Positions 26,189 to 37,100 of a DNA stretch of 64,000 nt are shown here, in pieces (position 1 is the first letter of the stretch; each line of letters starts with the position of its first letter). The position numbers and the translations under genes are program-made. Under the pieces are notes generated by a model. That model was not told the origin of the DNA. It did not search any database and was given only the letters and a program-made list of their open reading frames with translations. Source of the stretch: Takakia lepidozioides (taxonomy: Eukaryota > Plantae > Bryophyta); assembly GCA_030704615.1 (NCBI GenBank), contig CM060733.1:37696001-37760000 (forward strand), written 5' to 3'.

Positions 26189-29100
26189 CTATGACTTCGG
26201 AACAGTTACACTCAAGATCTTAACATCGGTGTAAGGTTTATCATTCTTATCAGTCTTCACCTTCTCAATGGCCTGCAAGGAACAACAGCTCAAATTTAGT
26301 CTTTAAGAGCGAGTTTCACAAATCCTGCCTCTTTGAGATATGTGATCATGACAATGAGGAAAGTCGTAAGGTGAGCCAACAAACCTGGACAACGTCCATG
26401 CCTTTAGCAACACGGCCAAAGACGGTGTGCTTATTGTCCAGCCACGGGGTAGCAACTGTGGTAATGAAAAATTGAGAACCATTGGTATTTGATCCTGCAT
26501 TTGCCATTGACAGTGTAAAAGGCCGATCATGCCGTAGACTGCAAAAGGCTCCCACAGCACTCTGTCAATACTCAATACAGTAATTTCAACTAGAATGGCT
26601 GTTGAGAAGCATATGGAAATGATGTCACCACTGGCCATCTCAGAATTCACACTCCTTACTCTACATCCCCAGCAAGGAAGGTTGAGTAGTTTGTAAAGCT
26701 GTGATAAACTGATCCTAATGAAGAGGATAGAGAAAGAGGTTTGCCTTTTGTGAAATTCGTCCTCAAATTCACCGCCCCAGATAGACTGCCCACCAGTGCC
26801 GTCTCCTAGAGGGTCGCCTGTCTGTACCATGAAGCCCTTTATGACACGGTGAAAGATGAGGTTGTCATAATACCCATTGCGGCAGTGCGTTGTGAAATTC
26901 TCCACAGTTCGCGGACACTCCTCTGGATACAATCGCACATGAAGATCTCCCAGTGTTGTGTGCACAATCTGGGCCAGGAGAGGTCAAGTTGGATTGCTTC
27001 TTTACAGTGAAAAACTGAAGAGAACAAAATATGCCTCCAAACGCCATACATTTGCTACGTTTTATGTATGTTCTCTTCTTTAACAATGGTGTTTGAGCAC
27101 GGAAACAGTATTATGACAGTTCAGCACCAGGGAATCCTGGTTTGGGTGCCTACCACATTCTCAGGCAAGGAAGTGGTGGTGGCCTTGCCAACATCAGAAA
27201 TGGCCAGAAGCTCCTCAGGAGGGGGCTTCTCATTGAACACATCACGTCCTTTGGTAGCATCCTCTGCCTCCTCAGGTTCTCTCCGACTGCCAAACTAAGC
27301 TTTAGTTTAAGGAGAAGTACCCCATCGAACCAGCTCAAAGAAGTTGCCAATTCATTTACAGATACAATCCCAAGAGCACCCAAATCTTTGCAATTGAATT
27401 CACCAAACAAAATGATACATGTGCTGCGAACGACTCGTCCAGTCCTGGCCCATTACAGTAGGATCCCTTCTGGACAGTGGCTACAGCAGCAGTTATTCAA
27501 TAAGCTGAAAAAGGTATCTATAAACCATGTCCTATCCCCTATCTACGATACCCCTAAGCAACAGGCATCCAGATGTTAACTGCACGGAAACCTACCTGAA
27601 GAGGTAAACTCGGTGTTTTTTGAATGCACAGCACAGCAAGGTTGGATCCGTAAGTGGCTCCCGCTGCTCATTCACATTAGCAGCCGCAGCAGGTAACTTC
27701 TTCACCCTTTTAGTGCTGTACCCGCCTTGATACAGCGCAATCTTCAAGAACCGCTCTGTATTCTCCACTTTCCCTATTATCCTTGCCACTTTATTTGTAT
27801 GTAAGTTGACCACCTGCCAGCAATCCCAAACAGCAATTACTTACCAACCAAGGAAGAAGAGAACATTCCTTCAATTGCGTAAGAAGGGACCCCATTCCCA
27901 GCTTCGATGGATGAGAAAAGGGGGTGCAGAAAGCAAAGCAAAGAGCAATCGGAAGCGGATAAGAATATAAGGGACAGAGGATTGCCTTGATGCCAAGTAG
28001 GGTAGGGTAGAGCAAGAAGTTTGAGCTCTCATCAAAAATGGCATTTGGTAAAGGAGCACCCTCGGTTTTCTCAATCTCCTTCTCCACAGCCATACGACGC
28101 CCAAAGTCAATAGCATCCAGTCTGTATAGGGGCGCATCACTCCTCTGGAGGTCTTGCGCTACCTGCACCCCTCTTTCCCAACCCCTCCCTTTTCTTTAGG
28201 CCCCTGAATCAAGTTTCTCCTGAAGCACTCTTGGCCTGTACACATCACATCTATGTAAGAAATATGAATGAGTTGAAAGTCACCTCAAGGGACTCATCAT
28301 AAGTACGGCGTAATCTGCCAGTAGCAAACCAGAAGACGCGAATTCTGCGATCTGGTGAGGTTGTAACAAATTGCTTTCCATCTGTACTCACCTGCTCCAA
28401 ATCCCCCCTTTTTCAGTACATACTAATCTGAAGTCCCCATATTCCTAGGATGCCATAAAATGGCAACTTATCAACATTACAAAGACAACATGCCTGATGT
28501 CACTTCTTTCGATAAGAAGATGGGGTGGTTTTCATGTAACTTGGTGAGAAACAAACAGAAGAGAGATGTGTACCTCAAGGGAGGAGACAGTTGTTTTGGA
28601 TTTTGCAAGAGAGTAGAGGTCTGTCTCCGTCTTGAACTTGAACTGCACACTATTCAATCCCCCCTCACTCATTTTGATTCCCAAACTGTCAACCTTTTCA
28701 TAATTCCTTTTCTTAGGCCATATCTATCCTATGCACCAATGGTACATGTCCACAAAACCATCCACAGTATTTAGCAAATGGACATCCATGGTTGGTTCTC
28801 ATTTCAGCCAACAAAAGATCATTTAACCTTCTGCTTAGTAAGGGACTGTATATACCTGTGAGAAGGGAACTGGAGTGTGTCAGGGGACCAGTATTCCAGC
28901 AAGCCCTTGGCATCAGCAGACACCACCACATCATACACCGCATTGTACTTCATCACCTTGATTGGCACCATGTGAACCTGCACCCAAATCACGTCTCTAC
29001 ACAGTCAGAAAAGAGCACTAGAACATGTCAGCAACTGATGCCCCAGAAGGAAGCTCTGTTTATCTATCTATACTATTTATGTGTGTGCTCAACAGTTTTC

Positions 29101-30544
29101 TTCCTTTCTAACTCGCCCAATTAAATGAGGCATCCAAAATACAATTGAAAGGGCTAGACGAAAAAGACCTGCTTTGAAAGGAGAGCATCATTGCTGCCAG
29201 AACGGGCATCAAATATGTGGACAGTTGGAGATGCCCGGTCACTAACTGCAAGCTTAGCCCTTGCATCCCCTTGCTTGAAAACCCATTCGATTGCCCCCGG
29301 GACAAATGGCAAACGAAGCATGGCCATCATGTCATAGTTCACAACATCATAAATCTTGGCTGAACGATCATTTGAAATTGTGCAACACAGAAGGCCATCT
29401 GGACTCACCTGCATTTCATCTCATTGGTCAGAAAAGAGGCTTGACCAAGAAACTGGCAAATGGAAAGGGGGAAATAAAGGAATCGTGTTGTTAAAAAACG
29501 ATAAGGTTAACAAGCAGCTGCATCAGGTAGAATCATACATACTGTTGATGAAGGACTTACAGCAAGGCCTTCAATGGGACCAAGGTGGGAGCGAAAATGC
29601 TTCACAAATTCAATGCCCATGCCCTTCTTTTTCCAGAACTTGATATGTCCTGCACACAATGTCACATCCACTGCAAGATAAGCCGTGAAGCAGAACAGAG
29701 TGCATCTGACCGCCATGCTAGTGGAACCACTGTTCCAAAAGTGATAGGCAACAACTAAAAATATCATGAGGGAAAAAGGAGACCCGGGCACAGAGAGAGA
29801 GAGACACTCACAGACACAGTAAAACCGTTCTGGATACATATACTTGTAATGTTGTCGAAATACAACCCTCACCCACATCACACAGGAAAGGGAAGGAGAG
29901 AGAGACAGAGACAGAGGGGGCACCATCAAAACTGCCGGTAATGAAGAAGTCAGCGCTGGAAGTTATAACGTGGCTGATAACATCCCGATGCATGTAGCTT
30001 TTCTCGTACCTGGAACCATCGCCCTTTCACTTCCATAAAGGTGATTCATTCAGTTGAACCAAAAATTCACGAGTGGTTAAGTTCTCATTAAGCACCATCA
30101 CATATCCACCCAAATCAAGAAAATGAATCTAGCACTTCCATATTCATATGAAGTCTCTCGGGGTAGAGGTCCACGCTAAGTTGAAGAAAAGAAGCGAATT
30201 CTGTGGCATTCAGTAGGGACATTTATCAAATGGTGATGTACGTAAGCTCACCACTGTGAGCAAACGTAGTTCCATCCAACCAAACCCTAAATTCAGTAAA
30301 CATGCATGCCAAAATTACGAGCAACTTTCGTGTGTGGTAGATGTCACGAGAAGGCATTGCAAGCGCATACTTACATCTGAGCACAGGGGAGTGCATCGAG
30401 AAACGCCTTTTCGAACTCGAGGGGTCGCTTTGGACGTGACGGGCGTGCAGGGCCTGGCCCGACAATAGGGGCATCCTCGGCATCCTCACCATTTGAATTG
30501 CCCTTGGAGTCCGCTGCTCCATCTTCGAGCAGTGTCATCGTCAT
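26189..30544 (-). CDS. CYP71: WD40-repeat cyclophilin (peptidyl-prolyl isomerase, PPWD1 ortholog), ~13 exons
   Basis: Exons give '[26 protein letters not shown]', '[23 protein letters not shown]', '[18 protein letters not shown]', '[47 protein letters not shown]', '[18 protein letters not shown]', ending '[10 protein letters not shown]' at 26189. Confidence 0.96.
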
Positions 30545-31050
30545 AGGGGAAAAGACAGCAGAGAAAGAAACGTCAACCCCAGAAGCCAAGCAATACGAAG
30601 CGAAGAAAAGAGGTAGGCTCAGGTCCACCGAGACCTTGGAGAAGAGAGGAGAGGGAGAGAACCCCTAAACCTCAGCTACACCTGTTCCCCTGTTGGACTC
30701 ATGTTCCCTCAAGTTCCCTAATTACAATCGCCGATTATTTTGGTTTTATTAAAAATTTATACATATAGGGCAATAGAACTTGGTAGTACCTAGTAACTTA
30801 CGTACTTACCCTAAATAGTTTAAGGATTCTAAGAATATACTACCTACTTGAAATGCGACTGGTTCCTTTAGGTTAAGTGATATATTGTCCAAAAACAATC
30901 ACAAAAAAAAGACAATCACCAGCATAATATATTTATTTATTTTTAAACCAAGGGCATGAAGCCAGGGAAAGGAAGACGACAGGGAAGAGGGATCGCTGCT
31001 TTAGGGTTTAGGGGTGAGAGAGGGGGAGAGAGGCGAAGAAGGGGAGGGCG
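30545..31050. promoter_or_regulatory. Short divergent (bidirectional) promoter region between CYP71 and UTP13, with a telo-box
   Basis: About 0.5 kb separates the two start codons. Telo-box TAGGGTTT at 31002-31009; another AAACCCTA lies at 30282-30289 in CYP71 intron 1. Telo-boxes are typical of plant ribosome-biogenesis genes. Confidence 0.55.
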
Positions 31051-33984
31051 ATGGCGCCCGTTGTGGCCTGCAAGAAGAACTATCGAGTGTCTCCTGCATT
31101 GCAGCGATTCTACACAGGAGGGCCAGTGGTGGTTTCTGCAGATGCCTCGTTTGTCGCATGTGCATGTACAGATGATGCTAAGATACTAGACCTGGCTAGT
31201 GGAGCAGTGACTAAAACCCTTAAGGGAGATTCGGAGCCCATCACCGCGCTTGCCCTGAGCCCTGATGGAAAATCCCTGTTCGCTGCGAGCCGTAGTCTTC
31301 AGATTAGGCACTGGAATTTATCCTCGGGTTCTTGCCTTCGCTCCTGGAAGGGGCATGAGGGTCCAGTGGCAGCCATGGCGGTAGATGCGTCGGGGGGCCT
31401 GCTGGCTACTGCAAGTGCTGATCGCAGGGTGCTGGTGTGGGACATTGACGGAGGTTTTTGCACTCATGTATTCCGGGGTCACACGGGCGTGGTGTCGTGC
31501 GTCCAATTCCATCCCGATGCCCACCGCCTTCTGTTGTTTTCCGGGAGTGATGATGGGACAGTGCGAGTGTGGGACTTGGTGACCAAAGCCAGTGCCGCAG
31601 TCCTTGATAAGCATTTCTCAACAGTGACTAGCCTTGCTGTGTCGACAAATGGATGGAGCTTCCTGAGTGCTGGAAGAGACAAGGTGGTGAACATATGGGA
31701 TCTACGAGACTACAGTCTACACACCACAGTCCCTGTCTTTGAAGCAATTGAGTCCATTTGTGTGGTCCCTGATGGGTGTGGCTTGCCGGGGAGTGGTTCT
31801 GATGCGGCACCAAGTAATAAACCAAAGAAGAGTGGTGGGGCTACTTTTCAGTTTCTGACAGTGGGAGAGCGTGGAATTGTTCGAATTTGGAATTCTGAGG
31901 GTGCTGTTTGTCTCTTTGAACAGAAGGAGTCAGATGCCATCCTCAGCTCTGAGAAAGACGATGCAAAGGGCGGCTTCACAGCAGCAATGTTGCTGCCCTC
32001 CCTACGGCAGCTAATGTGTGTCACTGCCGATCAGCGCTTGCTGTTTTATGAATCTGTGACTTTGGACAGTGGCAAGGTTGACTTGAAGTTGGGTAAGCGC
32101 TTTATTGGTTACAATGAGGAGATCATTGACCTGAAATTTGTGGGGGAGGGTGAGCGGTCGCTTGCTGTGGCCACAAATCTGGAGCAGGTGCGGATATATG
32201 ACCTGGCAACAATGACATGCCAGCAGGAGATGGTGGGGCATACCGACATCGTGTTGTGTCTTGACGTTAGTGTATCACCTGCAGGCCTCCCTGTATTGGC
32301 TTCTTCTGGCAAAGATCACACGGTGAGAGTATGGAATGCAGAAAGTGGAGCTTGTCTAGCTGTGGCTGCAGGACACATGGCAGCTGTTGGTGCAATTGCC
32401 TTCTCCAAAAAGCGCCTCAATTTCATCATTAGTGGAAGCAGCGATCGAACAATAAAGCTATGGAGTCTGGAAGGAGTGTTTGACATTGGGACAGGACCTG
32501 CAAAGTTATCATCACAGGCAGTGGTAGCAGCGCATGACAAGGACATCAATGCTCTGGCCATTGCCCCTAATGATAGCCTTGTTTGCAGTGGCTCCCAGGA
32601 TCGGACAGCTCGTGTATGGAAGCTTCCTGAGCTGGTCCCTGTACTCACATTGCAAGGGCACAAGAGAGGAGTTTGGTGCGTGGAATTCTCTCCCGTAGAC
32701 CAGTGTGTCTTGACAGCATCTGGGGACAAAACGATCAAGATCTGGGCTCTGACGGATGGATCCTGCCTGAAGACATTTGAAGGACACACAGCGAGCGTCC
32801 TCAAGTGTGCATTTCTCACAGGGGGAACGCAGCTGATCTCAGCAGGAGCGGATGGATTGGTGAAGCTTTGGACCATAAAGATGAATGAGTGCATTAATAC
32901 CTTCGATCACCATGATGACAAGATTTGGGCATTGGCTGTAAGTCGCAATACAGAGATGCTGGCAACTGGTGGTGGTGATTCACTCGTCAATTTGTGGACC
33001 GATTGCACTGCTGATGATGAGGCGGAAACTATTGGAGAAGAGGAGGAAGAGGCGCTCAAGGAGCAAGACTTGTCAAATGCACTGGTGGACACAGATTGGG
33101 TTAAAGCAGTACATCTGGCATTTGAACTGCGGCGACCCTTCAAGCTCCTCTCTATCTTCAAACACCTTCTCAAAAAGGAGGGGTCGCATGTGCAAATGCG
33201 TGAATGTTTGGAATCACTTGGAAAGGAATACCATCGGTTGTTGTTGGAGTATGTTCGTGACTGGAATTCCAAACCGAAGTCATGCCATGTAGCACAACGT
33301 GTGCTCTTTGACCTTCTGTCTGTGGTCCCCCCAGGAGAGCTAATTGAAGTGCCTGGTGTACGTGAACTAATGGAAGGGATTGTGCCATATACACAACGTC
33401 ACTTTAGCCGATTTGACCGTTTGTCGCGAAGCACTTTCTTGCTGGACTACACACTTGCCCGCATGTCAGTGCTCATGCCAGAAGATAATCTTACCTCCGC
33501 AGCTTTTGGCAATGGGACCTCCTTAGTTTTAGACAGAAAGGTCCTGCAGGTATCTGGTAGTATGCCTTCTATGACTTCTGAACGGCTCAGAAATGGCTTG
33601 GGTGCTAGCCCCTTGGAGAATGTGCAACAAAGTTTGTCATGGGATGGGGACAAGAGTGTGGCACTCGAGGAAGAAGGACGGATAGGAGGTGGACAGAACA
33701 TAGAGACAGAGGGTCATATTGCAATGGCCAGAGTTTCAATCAGCGAAGGGCAAGAGAGCTCTGAGCTAGACATGGTTGAGGAGAACACCATTCGGGCACC
33801 AGAAACCAATGGCAACAGAAACAGTGATGTACTAGCCAATGGTGGCCCACCAGCTCACTGGAAGTCTAGAAAGAAAATAACCAGTAAAACATTAGGTGTG
33901 GAGGATAGTGGGATTGGAGTAGGTAGGCGGAAGGGAGAGGCTCGAGTCAGCAAGAAGAGGAAAAATGCAGGTTTGGCATGCTGA
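31051..33984 (+). CDS. UTP13: SSU-processome WD40 protein UTP13/TBL3 (TORMOZ ortholog), intronless, 977 aa
   Basis: N-terminus 'KKNYRVSPALQRFYTGG'; ~13 WD40 repeats; 'GYNEEIIDLKF', 'AHDKDINALAIAPNDSLVCSGSQD'; Utp13 C-terminal domain 'LAFELRRPFKL..VRDWNSKPKSCHVAQ..PYTQRHFSRFDRLSRSTFLLDYTL'; basic C-terminal NLS-like tail. Confidence 0.95.
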   Translation: MAPVVACKKNYRVSPALQRFYTGGPVVVSADASFVACACTDDAKILDLASGAVTKTLKGDSEPITALALSPDGKSLFAASRSLQIRHWNLSSGSCLRSWKGHEGPVAAMAVDASGGLLATASADRRVLVWDIDGGFCTHVFRGHTGVVSCVQFHPDAHRLLLFSGSDDGTVRVWDLVTKASAAVLDKHFSTVTSLAVSTNGWSFLSAGRDKVVNIWDLRDYSLHTTVPVFEAIESICVVPDGCGLPGSGSDAAPSNKPKKSGGATFQFLTVGERGIVRIWNSEGAVCLFEQKESDAILSSEKDDAKGGFTAAMLLPSLRQLMCVTADQRLLFYESVTLDSGKVDLKLGKRFIGYNEEIIDLKFVGEGERSLAVATNLEQVRIYDLATMTCQQEMVGHTDIVLCLDVSVSPAGLPVLASSGKDHTVRVWNAESGACLAVAAGHMAAVGAIAFSKKRLNFIISGSSDRTIKLWSLEGVFDIGTGPAKLSSQAVVAAHDKDINALAIAPNDSLVCSGSQDRTARVWKLPELVPVLTLQGHKRGVWCVEFSPVDQCVLTASGDKTIKIWALTDGSCLKTFEGHTASVLKCAFLTGGTQLISAGADGLVKLWTIKMNECINTFDHHDDKIWALAVSRNTEMLATGGGDSLVNLWTDCTADDEAETIGEEEEEALKEQDLSNALVDTDWVKAVHLAFELRRPFKLLSIFKHLLKKEGSHVQMRECLESLGKEYHRLLLEYVRDWNSKPKSCHVAQRVLFDLLSVVPPGELIEVPGVRELMEGIVPYTQRHFSRFDRLSRSTFLLDYTLARMSVLMPEDNLTSAAFGNGTSLVLDRKVLQVSGSMPSMTSERLRNGLGASPLENVQQSLSWDGDKSVALEEEGRIGGGQNIETEGHIAMARVSISEGQESSELDMVEENTIRAPETNGNRNSDVLANGGPPAHWKSRKKITSKTLGVEDSGIGVGRRKGEARVSKKRKNAGLAC

Positions 33985-34199
33985 AAATACACACTAGGTA
34001 CCTGGGTTAATATATGCTAGCAAATGCATTGGCCTGTTGATTGCATCTTACCCCCCCCTGTTCTGTTTGTAGCTGGCATGGGGTCTGTGCCACAAAGCTA
34101 TGGCATGACATATTCAAAAGACCATATTTGCAACAATTGACCATCTACTCCAGCTGATGTCTTTTAGCTATTGATCCCTCAGCCTGAACCTGAACATGA

Positions 34200-37100
34200 A
34201 TCTGGACCTCTATCCCTGGTCCCTCAGCTATCCCTGCCCGTGTACATATCATCCCTCAGCCTTGCTACTAGCAGTTGACAGTGACGGCATGAAGTTCTTC
34301 TAGAAAACACCCCAACCTAGGACTTAACAGTAGTTCCAATTCTGAATTGCAACTGCTTCTCTCTGTAGTCGAACAAGCACTCACCTTTTTGTCTCCATTG
34401 TCCCCCCACTGACTGGGATCGGAAAGTGTTCATCCCAAAGCTTCTCTTCATCTTGTTATCTATTTTTGGGTACTTTCCTGCTGCCACATCAGCAGTAACT
34501 TGTCAAAGTCACTCCAAATCACCCCACATCCACCCAACGAGCTAACTTACAGCATTCAATATGTAAATTCAGGGCTGGGTCTGATGAGAGGGAAAAATAG
34601 GCTGAAATAGGTCGAAGAAGAAGGTGCCCTCACCACATTGTCCTCGACCTTGTGTCATGACCCATGGAGGATTTCACTGACCATGCACCCAAGAGGACCT
34701 CTTGTGTGTGCGAGGTGTGTGCTGCTTCCACAGGGAATTGTAGGCAATCTGGAGCTTGAAATCCGGCCCTCTTGGATGAATCTGGACCCACACTGCTCCC
34801 TGCTCCTTCAACTATCCATGCCTCTGCACAAATCATGCATACATCCTTGCCTTGATGCTAGCAGCTGACAATAACACTCTAGAATTGTTCCAGCAAACAC
34901 CCAACCCTACTTATCACACTAGTTCCTATGCTGACTTGCGTCTGCTTCCAACAGGCATTCACCTTTTTGCCTGGATTGTTCCACCATTGGCTGGGGTCGG
35001 AACCGTATTCATTCCAGAGCTTCTCCACATCTCTATTATCTGTTTTCGATACTATCCTGTCGACCACATTGGCAGTAACATGTCAAAATCACTCCAACAC
35101 CACCATAGATCCACCAACGAGCTAACTTGTAGAATTCAACATGAAAATATAGGTACGACTCTGATAGTAGGGGAAAACAGGGTGAAATATGTTGAAGAAG
35201 GTACCTTCATTAGCAGTGGCCTTGTTCTATCAATTGTGCTGCTGCCATTGCTGTTTCCAGTTGACCATCTACCCACTTGTAGCCGTTGTGCTATTGAAGA
35301 AGGTGCCCCCCCTTCCCCCATCATTTGATCATAGGTCTCCAAAGCCTCCATACCATTCCCTACTGTGCATACCCTGCAAGCATCGCGTTCCATGACACCA
35401 CATTTGGTTCAGCCATAGTGTTGAAAACTCTCTTCGCATCCTTAATGCACCCACATTTGGCATAGACGTCCACCAGGGGAGTATTCAGGATGACATCTGG
35501 TACAATTCCAGCTTTGACGGTGTCACCATGGACCTCTTTCCCCTTTTCCAGAGGTCCTAGGCTTGCACACGCATTGCAAACATGCGGAAGCGTGATGTGG
35601 TTGGGCTTCACCCCTTTGCGCAACATTTGCTCATAGGTCGCCAAAGCATTCCTACCACACCCATGTTTGGTAAATCGTGCCAACATTATATTCCACATGA
35701 TCAAAGATCGCTGAGGCATTCTGTAGAAATCTTGGCGAGCATCCATGATGCTCCCGCACTTAACATACATGTTGACAAGGGTGTTGAGTAGAAAAAACAT
35801 TTGTCATGAATCCACTTTGGATAATGTGAGTGTGCACCTGATTCCAGCTTCCAAACCTAGAGCCTTTGTCAGTCTGTCTGCCTCACAAAGCATCTTCACA
35901 TGCCCCGCGGAAAAGGCATTGTGGACTCCCTCTCTTGATCCTCTTTCAGAAGTTGCGGTCATGGTTGAGGACGTGCCTGATTTTATCAACTGTGCCGCTG
36001 CAGCTATTGCCTTTAGTTGACCATCTACCCATTTAGGTTTCTTGTAGCTATTGATCCACATGGAATCACAGGTAATCTGGAGCTTGAAGTCCGGCCCTCT
36101 TGGATGAATCTGGACCCACACTCTATCCCTTCTCCTTCAGCTATCCATGCCTCTGCACAAATCATGCATTCATCTTTGCCCTTGCTGCTAGCAGCTGACA
36201 ATGACAACCTAGGAAACACCCAATCACACTAGTTCCTATGCTGAATTGTGTCTGCTACAACTTTTTGCCTCGGTTGTTCCACCATTCACTGGGGTCAACA
36301 AAGTATTCATTCCACACCTTCTCCTCATCTCTGTTATCTATTTTGGATACTTTCCTGCTGCCACATCGGCAATTACTTGTCATAGTCATTTCAAACCACC
36401 ACAAATCCTCCCAACGAGCTAACTTACAGAATTCAATATGCATCTCAGGGCCGAGTCTGATGAGAGGGCAAAAAGACTGAAATAGGTCGAAGAAGAAGGT
36501 GCCCTCACCACATTGTCCTTGACAATTCAATATGTAAATTCAGGGCCGAGTCTGATGAGAGGGAAAAACAGGCTGAAATAGGTCGAAGAAGAATGTGCCC
36601 TCACCACATTCTTCAAGGCCTCCATACCACGCCCCTGCTGTGCACACCCTGCAAGCATCGTGTTCCACGTGATGAAAGATCGTTGAGGCATTCTGTTGAA
36701 CACTTGGTGAGCATCCATGATGCTCCCGCACATAACATACATGTTGACAAGGGTGTTGACTAGAAAAATATTTGGCGTGCACTTTGGATAATGTGAGTGT
36801 GCACCTGCTTTCTAGCTTCACTTGGCCTTTCATCTTGATGCACTTATGCAAGAGACAGACATACGTATCTGAATCTGCTGAAATGCCTCCTTGGTTTAAA
36901 GTCAGTAGAGCCTCTTTCAGTCTGCCTGCCTCACAAAGCATCTTCACATGCCCATAAGTGCCAGAAGAGGCATTGTGGACTCCCTCTCTTGATCCTCTTC
37001 CAGAAGTTGTGGTCATGGTTGAGGTGCCTGACTTTATCAACTGTGCCGCTGCAGTTGCTGCCTTTGGCAATGCAACCATGCACCTCTTTGCATCTGGTAA

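Noticed and set aside
31318-33701. Multiple antisense and alternate-frame ORFs over UTP13 (up to 192 aa)
   Set aside because: Shadow ORFs of a long GC-balanced CDS; no independent motifs.
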